DNA from: Paramoeba atlantica
Taxonomy: Eukaryota; Protista; Discosea
Reading direction: 5' to 3'
NCBI GenBank assembly: GCA_977017575.1
Contig: CDRNVI010000045.1
Span: forward strand, 287,087-351,086
Length of the DNA: 64,000 nt
This document shows, one piece after another, positions 18,701 to 28,608 of this stretch. The notes under the pieces were generated by a model that saw only the letters and a program-made list of their open reading frames with translations, ran no database searches and was not told where the DNA came from. Each line of letters opens with the position of its first letter. Positions within the stretch are counted from its first letter, which is position 1. The position numbers and the translations under genes were made by a program.

Positions 18701-20159
18701 TTTGAAGGCATCGAAAGAATCCCCATTCCCCACGTCTTGCAGGAGGCGGGAGTTTTATCCGAAAGCCGGGCTACCAAAATTTTGGGGGCCTTCGTCGGAG
18801 AGAAAGAAAGCGTTAGCGAAAAATTAGTCCAAAAAGTTGTGAAGCATCAAGCAGCTTTCCGGCGCCTACAGCACATGGGGGCCAGCAACGTCTCTATCGT
18901 TTTACTATCGCACTGCGTGAATATGCGTCACAGGTACGACATACGCGTGCATCATCCTGATGCGTCTTTGGAACTCAGTCGGCAGTTTGATTCCCAGGTG
19001 GCAAACACGCTATGTTCATGGTTCGGGAACCTCAACGAAGACCAAATATCATGGATGAGGCTACCACTGAAGAAAGGAGGACTCGGGCTCACCCCAACTG
19101 AACCGATTCGCGAAGCAGCGTTCTTCAAATCCAAACGAGCAGCTATGGAGCGACCAATTCATCTTTCAGCTCCCGCTACTCTAATGGATTTGCCAGCGCT
19201 GAACTCGCTCTCCAGCCAACGACCTCTCACTGATGAAGCGGTTACGGAAGAAGTCCACCACAATGCAGTGCGCGAGTCTTTGATGAAAGACAAGGGTCAG
19301 GCTGATATCATTCGTGTGGCCAGTGCGAAAGGGAATTACAATTGGCTCACCGCTTGCACCAAATTCATTCCTTCGCGACTTTTCACGTTGGCGATAATGC
19401 CCCGTTTCGGAATAGAGCATCCGTTGCTACCATCGAAGGTACAATGTCCTGGGTGCCACGTTCTCCTCACCTCCAGCAGCGCAATTGCTCACGTGTCCGG
19501 ATGCGTTAAATGCTCTGGGATTAACGCTACCACAAAACACAACAGAATGGTGCGTCAACTCTATGCGCTATGTATTAAGGCCGGCATTCCCTGCGAGCTC
19601 GAACCTAGACAATTCGCGACATACACCTGCGGAAAGTGCGGTACCACTGTTGACGGTGAAAATAAAGCGTCACACCAAAGGACTTGCGGATCTGGTTCAT
19701 TCCACCATTCCGGGCCAGATTTAGTCATCCATTGGGCAGACGGGGACATCTTTTATGATTTTACCGTCATACACGAGCTTTCACAATCCAACATCAAACG
19801 CAGCGGCGCAATTCTCATGCGAGACGCTATCAAGCGTAAGATTAACCGGTACGTCGTGTCGAGCTTAATTCCGAAACAGCAGTTTTTGTGCATTCCCATG
19901 CTTTCTGGAGGCGCCATGCATCCAAACACCAAGGAATTATTGTCGGCTCTTGCAGATGCATGTGGACTGGCACGCGATAAGATTCACCAGGATTTCGCTT
20001 TGCAATTGCAAGAACTGAATGGTTCGGTCGCAATGTCTCAATTTAGGAAATACTTGGCACCGGTCGATGGAGATGAAACGGCCCTGTGAATACCAGTTGA
20101 ATGCCGTTAGCGAGGTGCGTTAAAAAAAAATAGGAAATCTTTAACGGTGAATTTTGAAT
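15751..20159 (+). mobile_element. Full-length family-2 CRE/SLACS-like element with 11-bp TSD ACTACCTGGCT
   Basis: TSD at 15740-15750 and 20160-20170; removing the insert restores the RTE frame PDTTWLTLREG. Confidence 0.9.
15815..20089 (+). CDS. CRE-like protein: proline-rich N-terminus, RT, zinc knuckles, RLE (intact)
   Basis: IRPIAVGE, IDLRNAFN, GVRQGSPLS, AYIDDI, CPGC..HVSGC, HSGPDL..YDFTV. Confidence 0.9.
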   Translation: MGMFTRSRAKETGVAPVVEPLPANRRKKKSIGQPAPPLAPPPAPSPAPPPTTPPPSPPAQPSFTAPPCATSSPLPAAMDTASFPPRIATSPNAPPPPLPLPLSPPSSPIHSQASSPQSLETPSMTRPSMHTSARRAQTRALNYRRSSNLTVGVTSAESGVTSTTDTTALSVPTVPRTRKIRFATSTNGKTTKEAVTTTANESTNESEWGNRLKQTCAVAASALVTATNAMSGAMFNYEKSHYQKNATYIPIPSKGVSFNGEGYVHDVRAFDIFADNPLQDDAFPSVSSGTTQPLAPSPQTTPGNSRGEVTAGTFSNATLLSDTPNGGNVRNLEACTVERNDARIVPGSLPSPVPIASDFLDCESPIHILSDSGDNANTNLVEDPVHQFFSETPDFPRVASQFRHIDPKVHFPVPPDELYDATLHAKVGDRCILAWSFDCSPSLNISQGIVKASQKRKHLNKWTMEYVGIVGHKIGTTFTGHIPPQANVRVFKIVWENNTHQESDPGSIKSCRSEERINRALRVNYQHTENDLDLEPMPTLRSVAPEFIPCVVAIYRDIVRDYAESPYPQRNRIWHRTLSAMKYSLATIRKATAKRRRRRPRDFSSLQDGESQNGHTSTANGPRLIDDKRAIKKATSLALDGCVSKASRVINQEITPRTLSDSETIEKLRALHPDLPTTFRLPQDAPMTACITPVELREAGRRMAKGAAPGPTGTTDSILRILLDDEVCSLSLCHMITDLINGSLSEEVMKRVKRARLVAIPKPGNGIRPIAVGEVWLKLAEIVLLQRHEKQLVPLFAPYQFGVMIKSGCEHVVHKLNEKYTEGCAILAIDLRNAFNSPARDEIARAVFGFHGLRPFQRLFNAEYSSPSELLYYGSNGNLGATLKSSAGVRQGSPLSTIMFCAFMQPILEIVASEFPALRIYAYIDDISFASKDSELIANAYNRLRVLLTAKLVELSPTKCVWFEGIERIPIPHVLQEAGVLSESRATKILGAFVGEKESVSEKLVQKVVKHQAAFRRLQHMGASNVSIVLLSHCVNMRHRYDIRVHHPDASLELSRQFDSQVANTLCSWFGNLNEDQISWMRLPLKKGGLGLTPTEPIREAAFFKSKRAAMERPIHLSAPATLMDLPALNSLSSQRPLTDEAVTEEVHHNAVRESLMKDKGQADIIRVASAKGNYNWLTACTKFIPSRLFTLAIMPRFGIEHPLLPSKVQCPGCHVLLTSSSAIAHVSGCVKCSGINATTKHNRMVRQLYALCIKAGIPCELEPRQFATYTCGKCGTTVDGENKASHQRTCGSGSFHHSGPDLVIHWADGDIFYDFTVIHELSQSNIKRSGAILMRDAIKRKINRYVVSSLIPKQQFLCIPMLSGGAMHPNTKELLSALADACGLARDKIHQDFALQLQELNGSVAMSQFRKYLAPVDGDETAL

Positions 20160-20844
20160 ACTACCTGGCTGACACTTAGAGAGGGAATGCTTCACGCAAG
20201 CGCGGCCGCTTGCTCACAGGTTTCAAAGGCTCGCAACGTTCGTTGGATGACGGAAATAGCTCGTAAAGCCATAGAAGAGAGACGCAGGGCCTTCGCAAGG
20301 ACGAAAATAGATCATGCTTCGGAAGAAGAAAATCTTCAGGCAAAATCAATGTACGAACAAAAGCGGAAAAGGCAAATCTTATATGCCACTCTGCTAACAG
20401 AAACTTTTATGCTGAAAAATGTCAAAATCTGGAAAGCACGAATATAGTCAAAAACCCAAGGGAAGCGTACAGACAAGTCGCTTCATTCGCCTCACAGACG
20501 GCTTTCTTAAGCGGAGACGCCCCACCAATGCAAAATAGTGAAAATACATTCACTAACCACCCTGCGGATCTGGCGAAAATCTTTGCCATACACTTTGAAC
20601 GCGTTTTCGAAGAGGAGACTTCCGCCGTCAATTTGGCAGACATACGTAGGGATCTGAGTCAAATAAAATACAGCACGATCTCAGAAATCGAATTAAGCGA
20701 AGAACGAAATCAAAACAACGCACCCCCTACAAGAGAAGAAGTCGAACAAAGCATTTCTCACCTCAAGGATGGAAAAGCTCCAGGGCCGGACGGAATTTAT
20801 CCAGAACACATAAAATATGCAGGACAGAATGTTGTTACATGGAT

Positions 20845-22244
20845 TATTATTTTTTTAGACGAACTTTTTAAACGTGGATATAAACATGTTCCTAGTCCGG
20901 TTTCACCAGCGCATATTTCCTTCTGCACATATTACTAATAACACTTTGAACTCGTTTTCCTTTCTGATTAAAAACGAGAGGGAGATCATCTCTTTTGGTC
21001 CACTGTCTGAACTTATATGGTGTATTGTTCTTCCTTGTCGGGAGTTAAAAATTTGTGCATCTGCGACAGAACTATGTTCCCGTTCAGTTCTTGGAGGTAC
21101 AGGGCAAAGTCTTCTAATATATGTTGCCGTGAAATAAGGCAACGATCTGCTAAAGCTGTTAATAGACGTTTTGTATGCTTATGTAGCGCTCCACCCGAAA
21201 GGACAGGGATACACATGAAACGATCATTCGCAATCATCCCAGAAGTTACGTAACGGTCGCGTTTCTTCGTGATGACTTCGTTCATCATTTTTTGAGGCGT
21301 TTTGTTTATGTGAGCTGCTGAAAACTCGTGAACTACAGTTAGGTCATAATACATCGGACCGTCTGCCCAGTAGATCATAAGGTCGGGCCCAGATCTGCGG
21401 ACACTGCCGCGACAGCTGCGCTGGTGTTCTGTGAGATTTTCCTCGGTTACACTATTCTGGCATCCGGAGCACTGAAATGAAGAAAATTGCCGAGGTTCTT
21501 TTTCACAGGTGAGGCCGCTCTTCAAGCAAAGCTCATAGATGTACCGAACTAAGGCGTGGTGTTTGGTTGTCACATTTACTCCTGCACATTTTGCGCACCC
21601 AGGGATATGATTTAGTATGGTAGATGACGTAAGGAGACTTTTGCACCCAGGGCATTGAACATCGTCCGGGATTTGTGGGTGGTGTAGTGCGAATCTCGGC
21701 ATAATCGATAATTTGAATGCTGAACTAGGCACTAAACGAGCTTTGGATGTGAGCCAAGCGTATTGACCCTTGTGAGACGCTAGTTTGATGATGGGCGCAA
21801 GTGTTTTTTCCTCTATTAAGGCTTGACGGACCTTGTTGTGGTATTTTGCTTCACTAGCTTGCTCATCGAAATTGATGTAGGGGTCGCGAGAATCACCATC
21901 AACCGGAGTTGGCGCATTCATCGTTTGGGTTGCCCGAGCTGAAGAGGGTTTTCGATGCTCAAGAGCAGCAAATTTTGAAGCGCTGTACGAAGATTCACGT
22001 AGTGGTTCGATGGGGGTGATTCCCAGTCCACCCTTGCGCGTCGGTAGACGTAGCCAAGATATCTGTCGGTCCGTGAGGTTGCCTAGCCAAGCCTTGAGGG
22101 TTTTATTTACTTCTGCGTCGAAATTAGAGGCCATATCCAGAGTTTGTTGTGGATCATGTACCCGAATGTGGTAACGGTGTCTGATGTTTACGCACTTTGA
22201 TAGTAGTAGAGTGGACACATTGTTGATCCCCATTTTGTTTAGTC
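20845..22244 (-). mobile_element. 5'-truncated CRE-like element with A-rich tail and 8-bp TSD ACATGGAT
   Basis: ORF 21013-22233 (RLE, RSGPDL..YDLTV); TSD 20837-20844 and 22245-22252; the empty site restores RTE VTWMTHIIQQCW. Confidence 0.88.
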
Positions 22245-22252
22245 ACATGGAT

Positions 22253-23487
22253 GACCCACATTATTCAGCAATGTTGATTGATTTGATTGAAAAATTACAT
22301 TATTCAGCAATGTTGGGCAACCTCGATTCTACCCAAGAGTTGGCTGCACGCGCACATAATTTGTATCTATAAGGGTAAAACGGCGGGACCCAAAGCAGAT
22401 CCGAATTCCTACAGAGGGATTTCACTTTTAAACATAGCAAGCAGAATATTGTCCGACATACTGCTGAACCGCCTATCGCCACGAATCGATAGAAGGCTAC
22501 ATGACAGCCAAAACGGTTTTAGAAAAGGAAGATCGACGGAGGACGCTATTTTCTCAATTAGGAGAATCACAGAAGAAGCCAGAGCAAAAAATCGTTTGCT
22601 TTATCTAGTCTAATTTACAGAAATCGTATGATAGAATTCCGCGACCAATTATATGGGAAGTGCTAGGTAAAATGCAGGTTGATGGTTTACTTCTAGACTT
22701 GTTGAAGGCGTTATATAACGAAACTACCGCAGCTGTGTCCTTAAAAGGGGGGATAACTAGTGATACCTTTGCAACGCGATGCGGAGTAAAACAGGGATGC
22801 CCTCTGAGCTGTGTGATATTCAACGCGATTATGGACTGCTTAATGAGAAAACTCATCGCCACAAAATTTCCAGGCATCAATATTAAATGGAGAATACCGA
22901 GAGGTAAGAGACACTCAGGGGACGTGGTGCAGGGAAGCGAAACAATCGGCCTCCTAACATACGCAGACGACATCGTTATCTGGTCGGACAAAGAGGAAGA
23001 GCTCAAGAACTGTATTGAGTGTTTTTCTGACATAGCAAAAATCTGGGGTATGTCAGTTAATACCAATAAAACAAAATATCAAGTTTTACAGCCATCAAAT
23101 TCTAACGAACGACGAACATCATGCATGAGTGTGGGCGAGAAAAACCTACAGCAGGTCGAGAACTATCGATATTTGGGGTCCACAATAAAAGACAACGCTA
23201 AATTCGACTCGGAAATGGTCAGTAGAGTACAGAGTGCACAGGGCAAACTAACCGGACTGAATCTCATTTGGAAAAGTCGCATCATCTCCAGAAAGACCAA
23301 AGGAATATTGTTCAAAACTTGCGTAATACCAAGGTTAACATATGGGTGCTCGACGTGGTGCTTATCACGTCACAACTTTCGAGATTTAAACATGAGCTAC
23401 ATGTCACTCCTAACAAAATATTGTTTGGCGAACAAGAAGGAAAAATGCAACGAGGAGGACAAACCTATACGTACGCTAAAACAATAA
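22253..23487 (+). pseudogene. RT domain of the RTE-like LINE (frameshifted)
   Basis: YRGISLL, SQNGFRKGRST, GVKQGCPLS, LTYADD, YRYLGS. Confidence 0.92.
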
Positions 23488-23644
23488 GGGATGCGCTGTC
23501 CCGAGCTGGAATGCCGAGCGACCAAACTTGGAAATACAGGGCGCAATACAAAGATTCATGGAATGCGGCTATAACAGAATATAGGGACGAAAATAGTCCA
23601 AGCCACAAGAAAAGAAGGAAGAAACATGGGTTTAATTAGTAAAC

Positions 23645-24413
23645 GAAATCAGCGTCTTCTTTCTCACACATAATGAACAAGAATAAATAAAATGAAACCA
23701 ATTCCTAAATCATGTAATATCTTTCTTCATAAAGCAATTCAAAGAATTCAACTGCTTTAGTATCCTCACCACCTATCCATGAAAAGAAATTAAGGTACCT
23801 GGCCATTTCAATCAAACTTACAGTATTTGAAACAAATCCACAACAAACTCCTTTACTTACGAACGGGCATCCCGTCCGCCAACTCCGCGAAGTGGTTGGG
23901 GGTTGGTGGGCGGGCGCAATAAAAAGGTTAGAGAAGGAGTGTCACTATACCAAACTAAATAAATGAAATCTCTAAACAAAACAAACAAATCATATCTCAT
24001 AATATAAATATTATGTGCCCCCAAGGGCCATTATATCAATCATCCTAAATTTCTAAACGTACACTTATATAAACAAAACAAACAAATCATATCTCATAAT
24101 ATAAATATTATGTGCCCCGAAGGGCCATTATATCAATCATCCTAAATTTCTAAACGTATACTTATAGAAATCAGCGTCTTCTTTCTCACACATAATGAAC
24201 AAGAATAAATAAAATGAAACCAATTCCTAAATCATGTAATATCTTTCTTCATAAAGCAATTCAAAGAATTCAACTGCTTTAGTATCCTCACCACCTATCC
24301 ATGAAAAGAAATTAAGGTACCTGGCCATTTCAATCAAACTTACAGTATTTGAAACAAATCCACAACAAACTCCTTTACTTACGAACGGGCATCCCGTCCG
24401 CCAACTCCGCGAA
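23645..24413. repeat. B2-spacer-A2-B1 terminal repeat block (B 247 bp, A 252 bp)
   Basis: Direct comparison shows matching copies; 23-bp G-rich spacer at 23892-23914. Confidence 0.92.
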
Positions 24414-24567
24414 CCAGCCCGCTCGCACGTAATACTACCACCCGAGCGCATGTGTTTTCAGCAAATGGTGGCGGCCACCTACTGAAACACCTACATATAT
24501 AGCCTACATATATAGTATGTTATTTTTTTTTTTTTTGAGTACTACATTATTTCTGATTTGAATACTT

Positions 24568-25664
24568 TCATAACCGGCTAATCGGGTCCGCGGGGTTATC
24601 GGCAGATTTTATGTAGCGAGCCATAATGCATACGCCAAGATTCTGATTCTTTTTGAGTATATGTTTGAGCTCCACCGCAATGCTATCTGATTTTGCAACT
24701 TTACGATTAAGGGCAGCTTTGCACGACGTATTATCTATAAAGAGGTCCACACAAGTCCCCTTTTGAAAGTGGTGGCCCAGTTTTTCAAATGCCAGTCGAA
24801 CTGCCATAGCCTCCGCATGATTAACTTCATATTTAAATTCCGGTTCCCACGAGTCCCCCACAATGATCACTTGACCATCGTCCCGGTACAGAACTGCCCC
24901 CCATCCTTTAGCGGACGCGTCCGTGTAAAGACTATGCCTATGGGGAACGACATCCGGGTGTGGTGGCGGTGCGATTGGTTCGTTCCGTAAAATGATATTC
25001 CTCCAGTCCGCCAGGATAGAACGAGTTGCTGTCGGAAGCGGAACAGGATACTCCGCCAGTTTGGGATTTCTATTGAGCTCATTGATCCGTCGTCGAACAA
25101 TCTTTAAAGGAAAATGATACTCAGGAATGATATGTCCCAAGACCGCTGCCGCGTAGAGGAGGCGCCCCACCGCCGTCTCCAGTTGAGAAAACGTTATGTT
25201 ACGATAGCGATCGCGCGACATTTTTTGTAAAACCCTAGGTCCCAGGCTGACCTTGTGGGTTTCATGATTGTACAGGACTCCATTGAACACATATTCCTTG
25301 GAAGGGTCGGATCCGGTCTCCTTAAATAAGCCACCGACTTGAGCACACTGTCCGTCAACAAGGTTAACAAATTTGATGCATTCTTCACGGGTTCCGGCAA
25401 ATCGAATACCGTCTATGTAAATATCCACGGAGCCAATACAGGAGCCCAGTGTGGGCTTGCATACAGCGGAGTCGCACGCGATAGCTGCTGTCAGTTTGTG
25501 CATAATTTCCGGGGCGCATCGGTGCCCCATGGGCATAACTTTCATCTGGTGCAAGACTCCATCTTGGTCACGAAAACGAAATTTGGCACGTGCCGCGCGC
25601 GGAACTCCGATTTGGTAGAACCCGCAACGTAAGTCGCGCTTAACGCCTGCTTCTTCCTCAGCCT
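24568..25664 (-). pseudogene. RT/RNase H C-terminal part of the YR retrotransposon
   Basis: DLRCGFYQI, MPMG, YIDG, and RNase H LYTDAS..EAMAV..FIDN..NPAD; continues at 28609-30341 once the transposon is removed. Confidence 0.85.
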
Positions 25665-25666
25665 TA

Positions 25667-28606
25667 CTGTGACCCCCCCCTTTAATATGGACACTTTTTC
25701 GGCTTTTGTCCATAATAAAGGGGGGGGCGATGAAAGGGGTGTGAAAAAAAATTCGGCGCCGCTTCGCGGCACCTTTTTTACTTATAATACGACAAAAAAT
25801 CAAATTTGTAAAATCCATGTCCAGGAGAGAGGGCGAGGAGAGCAGAGGAAGAGGGCGGGGGAGGAGGGCGTCAATGAGGGGTGAAGGGGCACTTCTTCAT
25901 AAGGGTGAAGGGTACATGGAGGATATACATTATTGATGTACACTATAATTAGGAATAAAAAATTAACAACAAGCAAAAAATCATGCATGCTCACATTCAG
26001 CTCTATATTCCGTGTAGCTATAAAGGTTCCATTCAGTTAAATTGTAGATGTTCTAACGTAAAAGTCGAGCCCAAACTTCCTACTCATACAAAGTTTCACA
26101 CAAATGAACTAAAGGTGGAAAGAAAGAACTTACGTTCACGACGGGAAAAAACAAGACCAACGTTAAGAGCTCACGTAAAAAAACCCACGTAAACTTATCA
26201 CAACAAAATTAAATAACAGCCCTTTTACAATTCAAAAGTATCATCATACGCTACTGACTGATCCCACCCCTCTGTGTCCATGTCCCCGCGGTCATTGTCT
26301 GGATGAAGCATTAGTTGCCCTAAACAATCTTGAGTGTCAATTATTTCCTCATCGTGAAGCTCTTCAGTGAGGGCAGGACGATGAGACAGAGCACCGGGAA
26401 CGCATGGTCGCCATGTTTTTGAGATATTTTTGCGTGTGAGCTTGTTCTCCACGGGAACTAAAAAAAGCAAGTTACACAGATTGTTTACCAAATGGAGCCC
26501 GCATTCATTCGTCATTGGTTGCTGTTGCGGCACTGCGGCGTATTTAATCTTCATCTCCGCAGAGAAACCTATCAGCAGACGCATGTGAATCATGATGCTG
26601 TTCAGAAAATCAGATCGAGCAGAGGGACAATATGTTTCGTAACTGGCGAAAACAGTTAGCCCAAACCTCTGGAAATTGACAAGGATAAAATGCCCATTAA
26701 AAATTAAAGCCGCGGCTATTCGACGAACCGATGTAATATGCTGTTTTGGCTCGCGGCCCAGGCCTAACATCAACTGCGTCTGTCCGGTATTTAGGAACAT
26801 GAGATGCCTGTCTGCATTAGGCAATTCCCGATATACCTCCATTACGTTTTGGCAGAGCTGATCCACCGCGTGCGTGGTAAGACAGCTTTTGGGACGTCGA
26901 AATTTTTTCCACGTATCAACCAGGGTGGGAGGAGTCTCCTCTGTTTCCGGCACAACAATCGGCTCATTTCGTGAAGACTCTATTTGTGGTGAAATTTCCT
27001 CACGGACTTTTATCTCAGCTTTCGCTTTTCTGGTTGGTTCACTTTCGGGATCCTTCTCGCTCCATGGATACTCTGTAGCTGGTTGCTTGATGTACCTGCG
27101 GGCGGCGTTAAGAATAGTGTTGTGATGCTTTACCCATACTCTCGAATGGGCCTCTTTTATCCACTCCAGCACCAAATAACGAGTTACCTTACACGAAGAG
27201 TTCTGTATTCGCCATGCACTGAGCAATTCATTGTACGCCCTCTTAAATAGGCGATTGAATACTCGGTCGTGAATTTGGATCGCTTTCGTGCACCCGCCAG
27301 GAATTGTGTGCGGGTCACAGTTGACGGGAACATCATCAGTGCGATGCCCCGTGAAGTCGTCAGTAACGATGGCCGTTGAAGATTGTTCCAGGGTAAGTGG
27401 CAAGTATCGGTGCATCATGCGGGGATATATATCATCTCGCACCCATCCAGAAGAGCTCACATCAATAAATATCCCTTTCAATTTATTCGCGTAACTCGTC
27501 ATTTCCGAATAAATTGTTGAGCTTTCTCTGCGCTTCGCTCCGTGCTCAAAAATTACAGTCGGGTGGAGCGGGTAAACTTCGCCGGCCCCTAAATCATAGA
27601 CGCCCGCAAGAAATGCGGTTACTGTTTCCTTTGGGTTTGTATCCACTACCTTAGGTTGCGGGCACCCTACCGGAGCAAGTGTGTACCCTTGCACCTCTCC
27701 ATTGACAAACATGGCGGTTTCATCCCCGAAAAGCGCGAAACGGTAGCAACGGACTGTGTTTTGAACGTAGAGCTTTTCAGCCCAATGAGAAATTCTGAGG
27801 TTCACATCAGCGGGGGCTAAGCACTGTATTCTGCCCCACCGCCGCCACACCCAAACCATAGTACCGTCTGAACTTCGCATAAGTGTCTTCCAAAGCACTA
27901 ATTGAAGTCAATCCCGTATTTTGTCGTATCATGTCGATGACGATATTTCTGGTGAGGGGACACCATAACGAGGAGGCTTGAACGCAGGAGCGGTGTACCC
28001 GTTCCATTGCCTCAGACTTATTGTAGCAAACTGCTTCGGGATCATTGTAGTCGCCTCCTCGAACGTTAAAAGCACGATTCCTGTGGTTGCTCCCCATGGA
28101 ACGATCAATGAGTTTTTGAAAGTAGCTCATACCGTGGCTACGGATTTCATATACTCCGCTTCGCGAAATTCCGTATTTTTCTCGGATTCTTTTTACCGAG
28201 AGAGTCGATCGGCAGATTTCGCGCTTCTCGTATATATTAAGCTCAGTTCGTCCCCTTTTCTCCTTTACGTGGATATCTAAAGAAGCGTGGACATTGCGCT
28301 CATTTGTAATCAACATTGTTGGATTACCTACCTGTGGCTTTGGGGGTGTTGCCTTAATCCAAGAGGTTAAGGGTCCTTCCACGGAATTCATTAGGTTGAA
28401 AAATGACTGAAATATATGAACATGACGAACTATGTGAAAGCTGATAAAATTACCTAGCTACAGATACCCTAAAAAACAGAAAAAAAGAGACAAAAAAAAG
28501 GGTACGTCAAAAAAAAAAATTGGCGCCGCTGCGCGGCGCACGGTCGGATTTGTCCACAATAAAGGGGGGGGATACCCCCTGTCCATATTAAAGGGGGGGG
28601 TCACAG
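25667..28606 (-). mobile_element. pogo-like (IS630-Tc1-mariner) DNA transposon, 2940 bp, 27-bp perfect TIRs, TA TSD
   Basis: TIR CTGTGACCCCCCCCTTTAATATGGACA; TA at 25665-25666 and 28607-28608; the empty site restores RT YLHKAEEEAGVKRDL in frame. Confidence 0.92.
26225..28391 (-). CDS. Transposase: HTH/CENP-B-like N-terminus, DD30D domain, C-terminal Ulp1/C48-like peptidase; one frameshift near 27855
   Basis: ELNIYEKREI..KYGISRSGVYEI; FGDET; VTDDFTGH...QIHD; GHFILV..YET..PQQ..NECG. Confidence 0.78.
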
Positions 28607-28608
28607 TA

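Larger units (their letters stand above)
14511..23640 (+). mobile_element. APE-endonuclease non-LTR retrotransposon (RTE-like), disrupted by two nested CRE insertions and frameshifts
   Basis: APE 14543-15750, linker 20171-20844, RT 22253-23487; SL-like GTACCTTGTCG (10/11) at 14511-14521. Confidence 0.85.
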
